The notes below the pieces were generated by a model. It was not told the DNA's origin and did not search any database. It worked only from the letters and a program-made list of their open reading frames with translations. A stretch of 64,000 bases of DNA. Origin: Candidatus Eiseniibacteriota bacterium (GTDB lineage Bacteria; Eisenbacteria; RBG-16-71-46; CAIMUX01; VGJL01). Below, in pieces: positions 18,058-28,900 of the stretch. The stretch lies in the NCBI GenBank assembly GCA_963792585.1, contig CAWBWI010000001.1:1312001-1376000 (forward strand). The letters are read 5' to 3'. The first letter of the stretch is position 1; each line of letters opens with the position of its first letter. The position numbers and the translations under genes are program-made.

Positions 18058-19704
18058 TTACGGTACACGCAGGTAGTGTCCGCGAATCGAACGGACCGCG
18101 GAGATTGCCTCTTGAAGAAGCTGGACCATGATTCCCGACTTTCGCCTGGAATCGACTCCGAATTTCGCGACAGCTTTCCCGTATCCGGCGCCCTTCCGGT
18201 GACCGGACCCTGTCGACCGCAAGTGCTGAAGGTCGCGAAGGAATCGAACCACCCCCTCATCCTCGTCGAATCCTGTGGATACGAAAAAGACCCTGAGCTT
18301 CTCAATCCCCTTAGCTTCCGCTGAGATCTCGCCCGCGCGCGCTTCTATTTCCTTTTCGTTCAGATAATCGATCAGTAGCTTCGTGAGACACAGCACTTGC
18401 TCATCCAACTCCGCCTGCGAATTCGTCACAGGTATCCTCAGCGTATTGAGCAGGTGCGCGTCACCGGGCGATAGTGGCAGAAACAGAGGCCAACCATATT
18501 GTCTCTCCCAGTCAGCTACCAGACACTCGTATTCCTCTCTGAATACGAGGTCCGGTGATTGCGCATCCGTGGGCTCAGCCATGAAGCTCCGCTGGAAGTT
18601 CGTCCGGCTGATGCCGCTTCTAGGTGGGATGTTGAATGAGCGCCAGTGAAGCCGTTCCTCGTACGGCAGGTCCCGTCCGAGATCACCGAGAAACACAACA
18701 ACGTGTGATTCCAGATCGTTGTCTATTTGACAACTCCAGAGGCCAAGACACTCCAGGCTTCCGTCTAAGACTGTATATCGCTCAGGCTCAGCGAAGTACT
18801 TCCCGAGGACCTCACGGCGAAAGTAGACCGGTGTCAGGTAGTTGGCCGCGCCGGGCTTGCCACCGAAGTAGTCGCCGAGTGCTTCGGGATCCGATGTGTG
18901 CTCGACTGCTTCACCGTTCGAATCAACACCTACAATGAACGAAACTGAAGGGCCGCCTGTATCCTCATCGAACGGTGCCACGCCCGCCCGTTCGCGGGGG
19001 GGCGGTTTGAGAATGACCTTGCCAAGTATTCGTGAGAGAGTCACATAGTCTTCCCGAAGGTCACAAGCTTCTACAGTGCGCCTCCATCTTGACGAACTGC
19101 CGCGCTCAACATGCCTTCGGTCGGCCTCCGGAACCTGATCAATAGGGATCCTCGACCACCGAACGGAGTCGATGTAGATTGCGAGGTGCAACGCTGAGCC
19201 TGCCTGAAACTGATGGATGTACCTCGTCTGTGCCCGCACCTCTGTAGCGCCAAGCTGCGCGACATCGATTTCACGGCCCGAGGAGTCAAACGCGAGCAAG
19301 AGACCGCGGGGCCTGTCCTCCGCCAAGTTGTGATACAGTCGGAATTCCTCGGCAAGTTCGCAGTACTGCGGAAACGCTCCGTGAAACGAGCGGCAGAGAA
19401 CGAGGGGTCTGACCCCATCTGACTCACCAAATCGGTGATAGGTCGTGGCCTCTTGGCCGCCGCACGAGGTCTGGATGAAGCCCGGTCTTCCCTCCCCAAT
19501 CCGCAGATCCCAGCCTTCATCGTCGAGGGCGCGCTCGGCAGCATCTCCGTCCAAGAGAGCACACCAAACTCCGAATCGACTTGATCCGTCTTCTCGACTC
19601 ACGTAGAGGGTCTGCCACTGTTCCCTGCCAATAGACCCAAGTAGCTCGCCCATGATGTCGAGTTGGAGAAGGAATGCAATGCTATCAGTCGCCGGTTTGT
19701 CCAT
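18058..19704 (-). CDS. 548-aa protein with a C-terminal HEPN-like Rx5H motif, putative defence RNase
   Basis: LRSTGSGHRK in a helical C-terminal region; YLTPVYF..LGDLG..LP..HW core. Confidence 0.6.
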   Translation of the reverse strand: MDKPATDSIAFLLQLDIMGELLGSIGREQWQTLYVSREDGSSRFGVWCALLDGDAAERALDDEGWDLRIGEGRPGFIQTSCGGQEATTYHRFGESDGVRPLVLCRSFHGAFPQYCELAEEFRLYHNLAEDRPRGLLLAFDSSGREIDVAQLGATEVRAQTRYIHQFQAGSALHLAIYIDSVRWSRIPIDQVPEADRRHVERGSSSRWRRTVEACDLREDYVTLSRILGKVILKPPPRERAGVAPFDEDTGGPSVSFIVGVDSNGEAVEHTSDPEALGDYFGGKPGAANYLTPVYFRREVLGKYFAEPERYTVLDGSLECLGLWSCQIDNDLESHVVVFLGDLGRDLPYEERLHWRSFNIPPRSGISRTNFQRSFMAEPTDAQSPDLVFREEYECLVADWERQYGWPLFLPLSPGDAHLLNTLRIPVTNSQAELDEQVLCLTKLLIDYLNEKEIEARAGEISAEAKGIEKLRVFFVSTGFDEDEGVVRFLRDLQHLRSTGSGHRKGAGYGKAVAKFGVDSRRKSGIMVQLLQEAISAVRSIRGHYLRVP

Positions 19705-20614
19705 CTGCTCTCCGATCGCGCCCGGTTCGAGACTGGACCGCGTACCACTGGAGTAGTTGCCTCACCCGACACGCGACCATCGCGCTGTCGAACTCGATAT
19801 AGATGACCATATCGCCATCACAAGGATGCGGCAACGAGCCTTCAGTCTACTCAGCAGAGCCCTCCTTGACCTGTCCTCATGCGACGGTACCACCAACCCA
19901 TCGTATTCTCGGGGGCGGGCCCCCTGGGTCCAGTCTGTGCCGATGGCACCGCCGTGCGGACTCTCGAGCGCCGATGAATGGTCGATGGAAGGCGCCGTGG
20001 CGAGTCCAGTCGCGCACGCGCCTGAGTTGGGACAACGGGGGACCGACTTTGCGCTCCCCGAATCACGGCAGCTCCCCCACCACCCCGATCCACGTGTCAC
20101 CAATGACGCCACCTGCCACCGGAGCTGTGCCCACGCTCCTCGCCCGAAACGAACGCAAGCGCTGGTGGAGCCCTCAGGCCGACGCCTGACGATTGATGAC
20201 ATCTACGACCAGGTCCGTCACGTCCGAAGGACCGCGCAGCGCACGGGCAGCCCTTACCCGCGGGAGCGCTTCGGATGACGAGGCGCTGTCGGAACGGCGG
20301 CCGCGCCGAGCCAGGATGAAGTCCACTGGGTAGATGGAATGCACGCGACTTCCGGATACGAACGCGTGGCTTTCCTTCAGCGCACGTGCCTCTTGTCCCG
20401 TGCCTTTCCGTTACCCTGAGACGGGCGGTTCACCGCTTAGTACAGCATTCCACAAGTTCGGTGACTTGTTCATCGACACTCCCCCGCCCGACGTAGCTCG
20501 CCTTGCCCTTCCAGCCTGCGCACCAGCCGCGCCAGATCCCGCCGAGCCCTCGGGGTAGGCGACCGCATCTCCAGAGCCGGCGATCGACTTCCGGCAGGGC
20601 GGCGGCGGATTCGC

Positions 20615-21541
20615 TCAGGGTCCCGGTTCGAGGCGGACCTTGGCCAAGTCTTCCTCAAGATGGAGGAGGTAGCGTCCGGTTACAGCCGGGAAGTTCTCAG
20701 AGCTCACGACGTACGTGAGCTCGAAGTCACCAGGACCTTCGAATCGCGGCGCATAGGCGCCCGAGTCCGTGAAGAGGCTGAACTGCGGGACGAGCGACGC
20801 TTGGTGAGGAATCCAGACCGCGTCGAATTGCCGGTCCATGGCCGGGCGGATGACCGCTGTCGGTTCCACGTATCCCGCCCACTTCGTCTCGACGATCCGA
20901 AGCGGGATGTCGTCTCCATCGGGCAGACGTCGAATCCGGTCGAGGTAGACGTAGCAACCGAGGGCCGGGCGCCACCGGTTGAGGTTTGCGACCCGGACAT
21001 GGAAGAACCGGCCGGTCCCCCGGGCCCCGACCTGGGCGTCTGTGTACTCGGCAGGGTCACGCTCCATCCGCAGCACGTTCTTCCAATTCGGTTTCCACTG
21101 CGGGGCGGCTAGGATCGACTTCCGGATCAGATCGACGAGCACGGCTCGATTCGAGAACTCCACGGGGTTCGCCTGGATCGCCTGCATCATGCCGTCGAGC
21201 TTCAGGGCACCGCCTTCCCGGAAGCAAAGCGCATCGAGCTCGAGAAACGACGCGAGAGCGAGTTCCTGATGGCAGAACAGCGAGCCGCGACAGCGCTCGT
21301 CGCCGGCAGAGCTGACCTCCTCCCGGCAGAAATCCACGAAGAGAAAGTACTCGGAGGTCCGCAGGTGCTCGAAGATGTTCTCCCGCAGGCCGAGGAGACT
21401 GTGCTGTTCGACGGCGACGTATGCGTCGTAGTGCAACTTGTCGACGAGCAGCCGCTCGATTTCTCGCGCGATGACCCGCTCCTCGTCGTCCTTCTGGCCG
21501 CAGCTCACAAAGACCTTGGCCTGAGGTGCTGTCCCATCCAT
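20615..21541 (-). CDS. TIR-like/nucleotide-hydrolase domain + beta-rich C-terminal domain
   Basis: KVFVSCGQ...SEYFLFVD...SLFCHQELALA with a catalytic-position Glu. Confidence 0.65.
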   Translation of the reverse strand: MDGTAPQAKVFVSCGQKDDEERVIAREIERLLVDKLHYDAYVAVEQHSLLGLRENIFEHLRTSEYFLFVDFCREEVSSAGDERCRGSLFCHQELALASFLELDALCFREGGALKLDGMMQAIQANPVEFSNRAVLVDLIRKSILAAPQWKPNWKNVLRMERDPAEYTDAQVGARGTGRFFHVRVANLNRWRPALGCYVYLDRIRRLPDGDDIPLRIVETKWAGYVEPTAVIRPAMDRQFDAVWIPHQASLVPQFSLFTDSGAYAPRFEGPGDFELTYVVSSENFPAVTGRYLLHLEEDLAKVRLEPGP

Positions 21542-21705
21542 CGTGATCGGACCCTCCAGATCGCTGGGGCCTTCCTCCGCAGTTGGGAGCCGTGCCGATT
21601 GGCCCCCACTTCAGCTGGGCGCAGTGTACCATGGCCTCCGGTCGGCAAAGGCGTTGCCCGCCGACCAGGTTCCCCGACCAGATCGCAGAGCATGGAGAGC
21701 GGAAC

Positions 21706-22161
21706 ATGCGTCACGCGACGACGGAGTCGCGGCAGGCCGTCGCTCGAGCGCGTTTCTTTCTCGATGGGGCGAAGACCTGTTCCGGTGATGCCCACGTGGA
21801 GTTCGAAGCCTACATTGAGGCCGCGATCATCTTCTCCCGAGCGGCGCTCCATCGTACTCACACGAAGTACCGGCACCACCCTGGGTGTCCGAATTGGTGG
21901 CACTCACTCGCCGGCAACCCCGCGGTGAAGTTCTTCCGGAACGAGCGCGATTGGATCCTGAAGGAGGCGCCACCGAAGATCAGGCAGATCGTGTTTCTGG
22001 CCGGCGCTGGAAGTTCGGATCCGCCGTACCAGCCGGGGCGCGCGACCGAGCATTACTTCTTCGAGACGGGTGTCCCAGCCATCGTCACGGTCGAGCGACA
22101 TCTCACCACCCTCGAGCAGCTGATCCGGGACGCAGATGGGCGCTTCGCCTCTGTCCCTTGA
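21706..22161 (+). CDS. Small helical hypothetical protein, possibly HEPN-like
   Basis: GGAG RBS; ARFFL..AAIIFSR..FFRNERDWILK pattern. Confidence 0.55.
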   Translation: MRHATTESRQAVARARFFLDGAKTCSGDAHVEFEAYIEAAIIFSRAALHRTHTKYRHHPGCPNWWHSLAGNPAVKFFRNERDWILKEAPPKIRQIVFLAGAGSSDPPYQPGRATEHYFFETGVPAIVTVERHLTTLEQLIRDADGRFASVP

Positions 22162-22191
22162 GATCCCGTTCATAGGAGACTCAACTCGCCG

Positions 22192-22320
22192 GTGCGTTGG
22201 CGGCCTCACGACTGGAAAGAGGCGCTGGATCTCGAGGTCCACTGCCTGGCTGCCCTCTACATCGTCCGGTCGACGTCCGTGAAGGAGCTGCCGGAGCGTG
22301 TCGCTGCGCCAGCGTTGAAG
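22192..22320 (+). pseudogene. Remnant of a second GpA terminase C-terminus
   Basis: KEALDLEVHCLAALYIV aligns with NEALDCRVYALAALELL near the end of 16128-17984. Confidence 0.6.
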
Positions 22321-22458
22321 CCCCAGGTCTCCGCGCCGCTTATATCAGAAACGCCTGAACCGATCGCACACCTATGTGGCCGAATCGATGTTTGGCGGGG
22401 CAGAAGGGCATTCGGGTTGAACGTGCCAAGGCGCGCCTTCAGCCATCAGGCCATCCGT

Positions 22459-23644
22459 TCAGTGGCGCCGAGGCCCCCGTGCCGCCCGCCGCTGGGCTCC
22501 TCTTGGCGCCAGGACCACTTCTGGTTCACAGCGTTTCTTGCAGAACGTCACTCGAATCTCTGGCACGCCATTTTGGCAGATCGTCCATCTCTCCTCGATG
22601 TCCTTGGCGTTGGCAGTTCGAGTCAGATGGTGTATCAAGCCGCTCTCGCGAATGATCGGCGGACTCGTCAGAACGCTTTCGATCTGCGCGGCAGTCAGGT
22701 TCCCATCATCATCGCTTGGAGCCGGGAGTCGGTCCACCAGGTGGCCAACGCTCCGCGAGGAGTACTCGAAATCACTCTTGGCCACGAACTGCAGCAGCGC
22801 TAGCGGCACGGTCCACGATTGGAGCCGCCTAAAGCGCTGGGATAACAGAGATAGAAACACCAGCAACTTATCGACTTGCCGATTCGCCTTCGTCCTGTCG
22901 AAACCAGGCAACCCGACATGGCCAGCATTGATGCGCGATCGCAGGTCGGGCAACTTCGGCCAGTCCCTCAATCGATCGTCCTCCTGTGACAGCCAGTCAT
23001 CGGAAACCAGCAGGTCCGACACCTCCTCACGACTTCCGGCCAAGGCAATGACTACCTTTCCCAATCGGAGAACACTTCCCCGCACTGGAATCTCACCGTC
23101 CCAGAGGATGGGCAACAGAATCGATGCGTGACGGGGGTTGGTGTCGAAATTCATCGAGAAAGAGCAGTGGCAGCTTGTTACGGACCCGAAGATTGCGGAC
23201 CGCCTCTACCGTCGGAACGAAATCCTCGACACTCTGAATGCTGGCCATGTTGAACGCGACGTAGTTGTCGTTCAGCTCTTCCATTGCTTTCGCCAGGGAC
23301 TCAACGAAGAACGACTTGCCTGTTCCCGGAGGCGCGGTAATCAGGAAGCTGAGGGGCCGGTGCAGCGTCAGGTCGTGTGAGTAGTTGTCGATCACTCCAT
23401 GGATCCGTCTGATATCCTCCCGGTGCTTTCGATCGAGGGTCGCATAGTCGCACTTCTCGTGAATCCGGCTGTGGTGAAAGGCCCTGCATATGTGGAATGA
23501 GGTAGCTGATCTGGACTTCAGCTCCAACAGGCTGGCTAATGCCGAAGCGACTGAGTCATCCGGTTCGGGGGCAATCTCACTCGAGCCATGGGCAGGAACC
23601 GCGATCCGCCCTTCCAGTGCTTCCTTGATATCCTCGATCGTCAC
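22459..23644 (-). pseudogene. AAA+ ATPase split by a 1-nt frameshift
   Basis: Walker A APPGTGKS and Walker B LLFLDEF in one frame, continuing DTNP..LLPILWDG..KLPDLRSR in another; extra base in AAA 23147-23149. Confidence 0.75.
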
Positions 23645-24934
23645 CTCGATCCCTCCGTTCGTCCAAACGCCCGCCATCCGTGTTCCCCACAGCAGCAAGT
23701 GCCAGAAGGCCTGAGAGAGTCTCGCTTGCCATGCGGTCGGACGCAAGATGCGAGTTACTCTGAGGAGTTTTGCGAGCCGGAAGAGCGAGTCGTCTGGCGC
23801 TTGCAAAGCAGGGAGCCCAATGTCGCCTAGCACGTGGCACGGCCGACAATTTCGCGACCACATTCCGCGCCCCCGCAACGTCTGAAGGCACATCATCTTG
23901 CATTCCGATTCTGCTTCCTATGCGCGGCCAAGAGCCGGTCACTGAGGATGCGTCAAGCACGGGCCCCACCCCAACGGGGAGTCGCCAGATGAAGTCCACG
24001 AAGGACCTGCTCGACGAAGGCCGGGGGCGCGCCAAGACTCGGTTCGCCGAGAGGAAAGGGATCGAGGCGCGGAGCTTTTCCATTCGCCGCGAAACCCAAT
24101 GCTCCAACGACGAGATCAGGCATCAGGCCACGGGGCACGGACCCAATGACAAGCTCCGCGTCATAGTCGATCCCACGACGGACGGCACGACAGACGACAT
24201 CCTCCTCTAGGCACCGTCCACGGACCTCGACCTGCAGTTCAAGGGCGCCCTGAAGATCGAGGAGAGGCCGACGCTGTTCACCGACGAGCGGGCAGCCAAG
24301 TAGTAGGCGTTCGGTCGACTGACCGCGATGCGAGTGGGTCAGGCGATCCTGAGCGCCGGACGCGCAAACTTGGAAACGCGGATCGACCGGCTCACGATGC
24401 ATGGTTTTGCTTGGAAGTTGGTGCTCAAGTCGGCCCTGCCGTGCGGGGTGAAGTGACCGTGGCTTCCACCACCGCCCGCGAGCCGCGTTTCGGCCTCCGG
24501 GGCAATCAGGTGTTCTGGAATGCCAGAGGGACGATCGTCTCAGCCTGCTTCCATTCCCCCTACCCCGGGTCCGACACCTGCGTATGGGAGGGGAGGGAAC
24601 GGATCACCCCCGAAATGATGGCCAAGATCGATTGTCACCGGGGACGCGTCGGGTGCGAAGGCTCCCGCAAGACGCCCGTCGAATCGTGCCTTGGGCCACC
24701 AACCGAGTAGAGCGTGAAGACGACCGAGTCGCGGAACCCCAAAACAGCGACCGCCAAGCCGCGAAAGCCCGCCGTGGCGGCGCCGCGGCACGACGAGCCG
24801 ATGGCCAAGGCCATCCTCAAGGGGATCCAGAACGAAGCATAGGGCACAACTCTCAGCAACATGCTCCCGATAACGTCTCAAGCAGCCAAGGAGTCGTCGC
24901 AGTTTACGGTCTTGGCCGGAAGTTCCCCGACGGA

Positions 24935-25909
24935 TCACTCGCTGAGGCTGGTCGGCTCGAATCGATCCCGCCAGCTATGACCTGCCTGAACGGCCAGGCC
25001 GTCGGGCTGATAGCCAGATTCAGCGATCTCACGGTGTGCTTCCTCAGCGGCTGCCCGCGCCACTGCCCACTGCTCATGGAACAGGAACTTCCCGACCGCG
25101 GGGTGGATGCTCACGGCCAAGTCTGGCCCGTCGATCCTCAGGAACTCCCCGGTTCTGCTCAGCATCCGATCACGATCACTGGAATGGACGTCGCCCCCGA
25201 CCACCTCCACCAGCGGTTCGTAGTAGCGACGCCAGGCATCGTGCCCCAGCGATACCTCGATCCGATTCCCTTCGCTTGGAACAGGATCGCGCCAATAGAA
25301 GTGCAAAACGTCGCCGCGTAGGTAGGTGACTGCCCCGACGTGTAGGCTGCAGGCCGTGCCGTTCACGCTCACCAGGCGGAGTGCTTGGTCCTTGGCCTTC
25401 TGTCGAGCTTCCCGAGTGGGAGGGCTGACACGCCCCTTGCACTCGAAGGCATGCCATCGCCCTGTTCCGACCTCCTGACCAACCAGGTCGGGTCTTGAAC
25501 GCCCCGCTAGGACTGGATCCAGCGCGGGGCGAAACACATCAAGATGAAGGAGCCAGGGTGTGTTCAAGAGTCGAGCCGCAATGAGCTTGCAGAAGCTCAT
25601 CCCCAGGAAGTAGTTCACGGCGCCCTTTTCTGTGGGATCGAGGGTCCTCGCTGCGCTTGTCCTTCGTAATCGATGGGCCGCCGGGCTGCTCTGCTCCAGC
25701 GCCATCCGGACCAACGACCAGCGGAAGACAGCCTCGTAAAGCGATGCGTCCCCATGGCGAAACACATACTGCCGGTTGGGACGCCCGACCGTGACGGCGG
25801 CCCATAGGATCTCATTCCAGGTTACTGGCAGGTCGGCGGTCCCGTTTGCCACAGAGCCCGGTGGGAAGTCTTCTGTCTCGTATGGGATCCGGAGCTGTCC
25901 AGCCGGCAT
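24935..25909 (-). CDS. PD-(D/E)xK family nuclease
   Basis: SRPDLVG...HAFECKGR; 40 bp downstream of the helicase, same strand. Confidence 0.7.
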   Translation of the reverse strand: MPAGQLRIPYETEDFPPGSVANGTADLPVTWNEILWAAVTVGRPNRQYVFRHGDASLYEAVFRWSLVRMALEQSSPAAHRLRRTSAARTLDPTEKGAVNYFLGMSFCKLIAARLLNTPWLLHLDVFRPALDPVLAGRSRPDLVGQEVGTGRWHAFECKGRVSPPTREARQKAKDQALRLVSVNGTACSLHVGAVTYLRGDVLHFYWRDPVPSEGNRIEVSLGHDAWRRYYEPLVEVVGGDVHSSDRDRMLSRTGEFLRIDGPDLAVSIHPAVGKFLFHEQWAVARAAAEEAHREIAESGYQPDGLAVQAGHSWRDRFEPTSLSE

Positions 25910-25949
25910 CAGCCCATCCCCCGACAATTCGCGGCTACTCGCGCGCTCC

Positions 25950-28900
25950 TCACGAAGCCAACACCTGCACGAACTCCGCGACAACAGCGATCTCGTTCTT
26001 GTCCACGTTTTGGAGAACGAGCGGCTCGAATCGCGCGTCCGTGCTGTCTGGCTTCAGGCGGATGATGCCGTGCCGCCATCCGCCGTCCGGCGAGGCCACC
26101 TTCTCGCTCTCGTAGACCTTGACCGTGTAGTGACCTCCATGCTCCGGATCTGCAATGTCGCGGTGTTGGACCAGGAGAACCCGTCCCTGCCGGCTGCCGG
26201 CGACAGGCTGGCGGAAGATGCAGTAGGACCCGTTTGGGATTCGTCGGTTCATCGACTTTCCGACAAGTTGCGCCACGAACATGCCATCGGCGATTCTGCG
26301 GTCCGTTACTTCGAGCCACCCAAGCTCCTCAGGCACTTGGCCCTCACTGAATGCGCCGGCGGCAGCCCTGAGGTCATACACGGGAAGATGACGGACGAAC
26401 GGTTCGGCCGCCTGGCGAGGAACCAGGCGAAGAACCGGAGCCACGCGCAGAAGGTCCGAGCGGTCAAGACGCTCTGCCAAGTCCCGAAGACCCTGCTCAA
26501 TCCGTTCAGGCCAGAGGATCACCACGCGGTAGCCAAGCGCACGCAGACGTCGCTCCAGTTCATCGTCGCGACGCTGCACGTGCTCCTGGTGATGTGGGCT
26601 TCCGTGCACCCAGACCACGATTCGGTTCGGGTACAACAGGTCCGCCTCCGTGACAGCGATCCCCTCACCATCACGCACCACGCAGTGTTGCCCAGCGGGT
26701 TTCGGAAACCCACGCCGCTCGAGGTCCTCGATCACACCAGGCTCGGCTCCAATGGCGTTCGCCTTGAGCTCTTCCCAGCCGAGCTCCACATCCTCTCCCG
26801 TCAAGTCCAGATCTGATTCGAGCAGCCTCTGCAGCACCTCGACCACGCCCCGCCGATCGAGAAGATCGTGGTATCCCTGGTTATAGTATGAGAGCAGACA
26901 GTCGTAGCAGGCCCTCTCGCATGCGCCCTCGAGTTCCCGCCCCGATTCGGGGTCCACGTGGAGGAGCTCCAGCGCCCGACGCGCGGTGCGCCGCCACCCT
27001 TCCGCCTCCCATAGATTCCGTAGTAGACCCGTGCCACCTTCGTCTGTCTCGTAGAACAGAACGCGCTTCCGAGATCCCTCGCCCGGAACGTCGAAGAGGT
27101 GGGCTCCGAGCTCCGAGTCCTCCGCACCATACGCGATCTGGAATCCTCCGAGCAGCGCATATGCGAGCGACCAGCCAAACCGCTCGCCGTCATTGGGGGG
27201 GACGGGCAGCTCAAGGGTCACGAGATCGTGGACGCCGTGGACGTAGAGGAGCACTTCCCGGTGGATGTCTTCCTCGGTGCCGCCAGCCGGACACCGGTTG
27301 CGGCCGTTCTCATCCACGTGGGCCTCTTCACCCCCCTCGCTGGCAATCCATGCCCTGCAACGCTCGCAGTAGCGGAAACCGATCTTCGTCCGAGGCGCGG
27401 AGTCGCGATTGACGAGCAGCAGCTCTCCTTGGTGCGATCCCGTGACGGCTCCGAGTACGCCACTTACTTTCGCTCAAGAGTGATCCCTGCTGGGTCACCG
27501 GTCCGAGCCGGTAGTAGGGTCGGACATCGAAACCACGCCGCATCCGCTCTTCTTCATCCGCAGAAATGCGCCCCGACCGCCGAGCCACGGCATCCGGCAG
27601 CTCGAGCACGCGGTCCCGGGCGTGGGCGGCGAGCAGATTCGGCCGCAGATGTTGCAGGCCGCCGCCTGGTTGACCTGATCGCCCAGGAAGAAGTTGCCGC
27701 ACTCGCAGGTCTTGAGGCGGCTCCAGTGATGGGCCTGGCCGCGCGCCCGCGGCTGCGCCTTAGCAACCCGGTACCGCCCTCCGCGGAAGTAGATCATGTT
27801 GAGCGGCGCGAACTCGCGCAGCGCGATGGCCCGGGCTCGAGGCTTCGACTCTTTGCGGTCGGTGAAGTATGCGTTCGAAGCCCGGCGCGGGAATGCGTAG
27901 TTTGGCAGGAAACCCCGTGAGCCCAGGTAGCGGTAGGGATAGAAGTCCCCGTGCCCTTCGCGCATGTCGGCGAGCCGGGCGCTGACCGCCCGCTGCCGAA
28001 TCTCATCCTCGCGCGTGACGCCCGCGTGAGCTTGCCGGGCATGAATCTCGCGGAGCTCCTCCTGAAGGCGCCGATACTCCTCGCGGAAATCGTCGTGCGC
28101 CCGATCGAACTCCTCAGCAAAGCGATCCACGAGCCGCGCGAGGTCCGCCATGGGCACGCCGGCGCGCTCCAGCTCCTCACCAAAGGCATTCCGCGCCGCC
28201 TCGAGGATCGTCGGTCCCGCGCTCGCCACCTTGCGTGACAACTCCTCACCAAAGCTGTCGAACATCGGCAGCCCTGCGATGACATCGGCTTCGTTCTCCA
28301 TCCGCAAGTATTCGCGGCTCTTGCGAGGCAACCGGAGATCGGCGATCTCGAGCACCAGCGCGTTCACGTGTGCCTCGAGCAGCGATCGGTTGTCGAGGAG
28401 GAAACGCGGCGGGGCGATGCGTCCGGAGATCACGCGATCGGGAAAGCGGAAGAAGTACTGGTCGTGTCGACTATAGGGCCCGAAGGTGCCGCAGAAGGTA
28501 ACGATAATCGCGGGCTGGCCGTGGCGACCCGCCCGACCGTGTCGCTGAGCGTAGTTCGCCGGCGAGGGCGGGACGTTGCGTAGAAACACCGCCGAGAGGC
28601 CGCCGATGTCGACTCCGAGCTCCATGGTCGGCGTACAGACGAGGACGTTTAGAGGATCATCCGGCTTCTGGAAGCCGGTCTCGTACTTTCGCCGGTCGTC
28701 GCCTGATACCGCCGCGGAGTGCTCCTGAGCCAGGACTCGGGGTCGAGCCTCCGGCGGGAGGGTGTACTCGGCTCGGAAGAAGTGTGGACCCCATTCCTGC
28801 TCCCGTAGCTCTACCTTGATGCAGTTGGGACACGGTTGTGGGCGAGTCAGCTCCCAGCGCAGACGGCAGCGCGGGCAAACGAGCGCCGTTCGATCTACGC

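Noticed and set aside
19757..20600. 173-aa ORF, a PIN-like LPDTNAW snippet and a possible IS end near 20438
   Set aside because: No coherent domain, partner inverted repeat or transposase; probably decayed sequence.
22192..22803. 203-aa + strand ORF as a real gene
   Set aside because: Only the first ~40 codons resemble terminase; most of the rest is antisense to the AAA gene.
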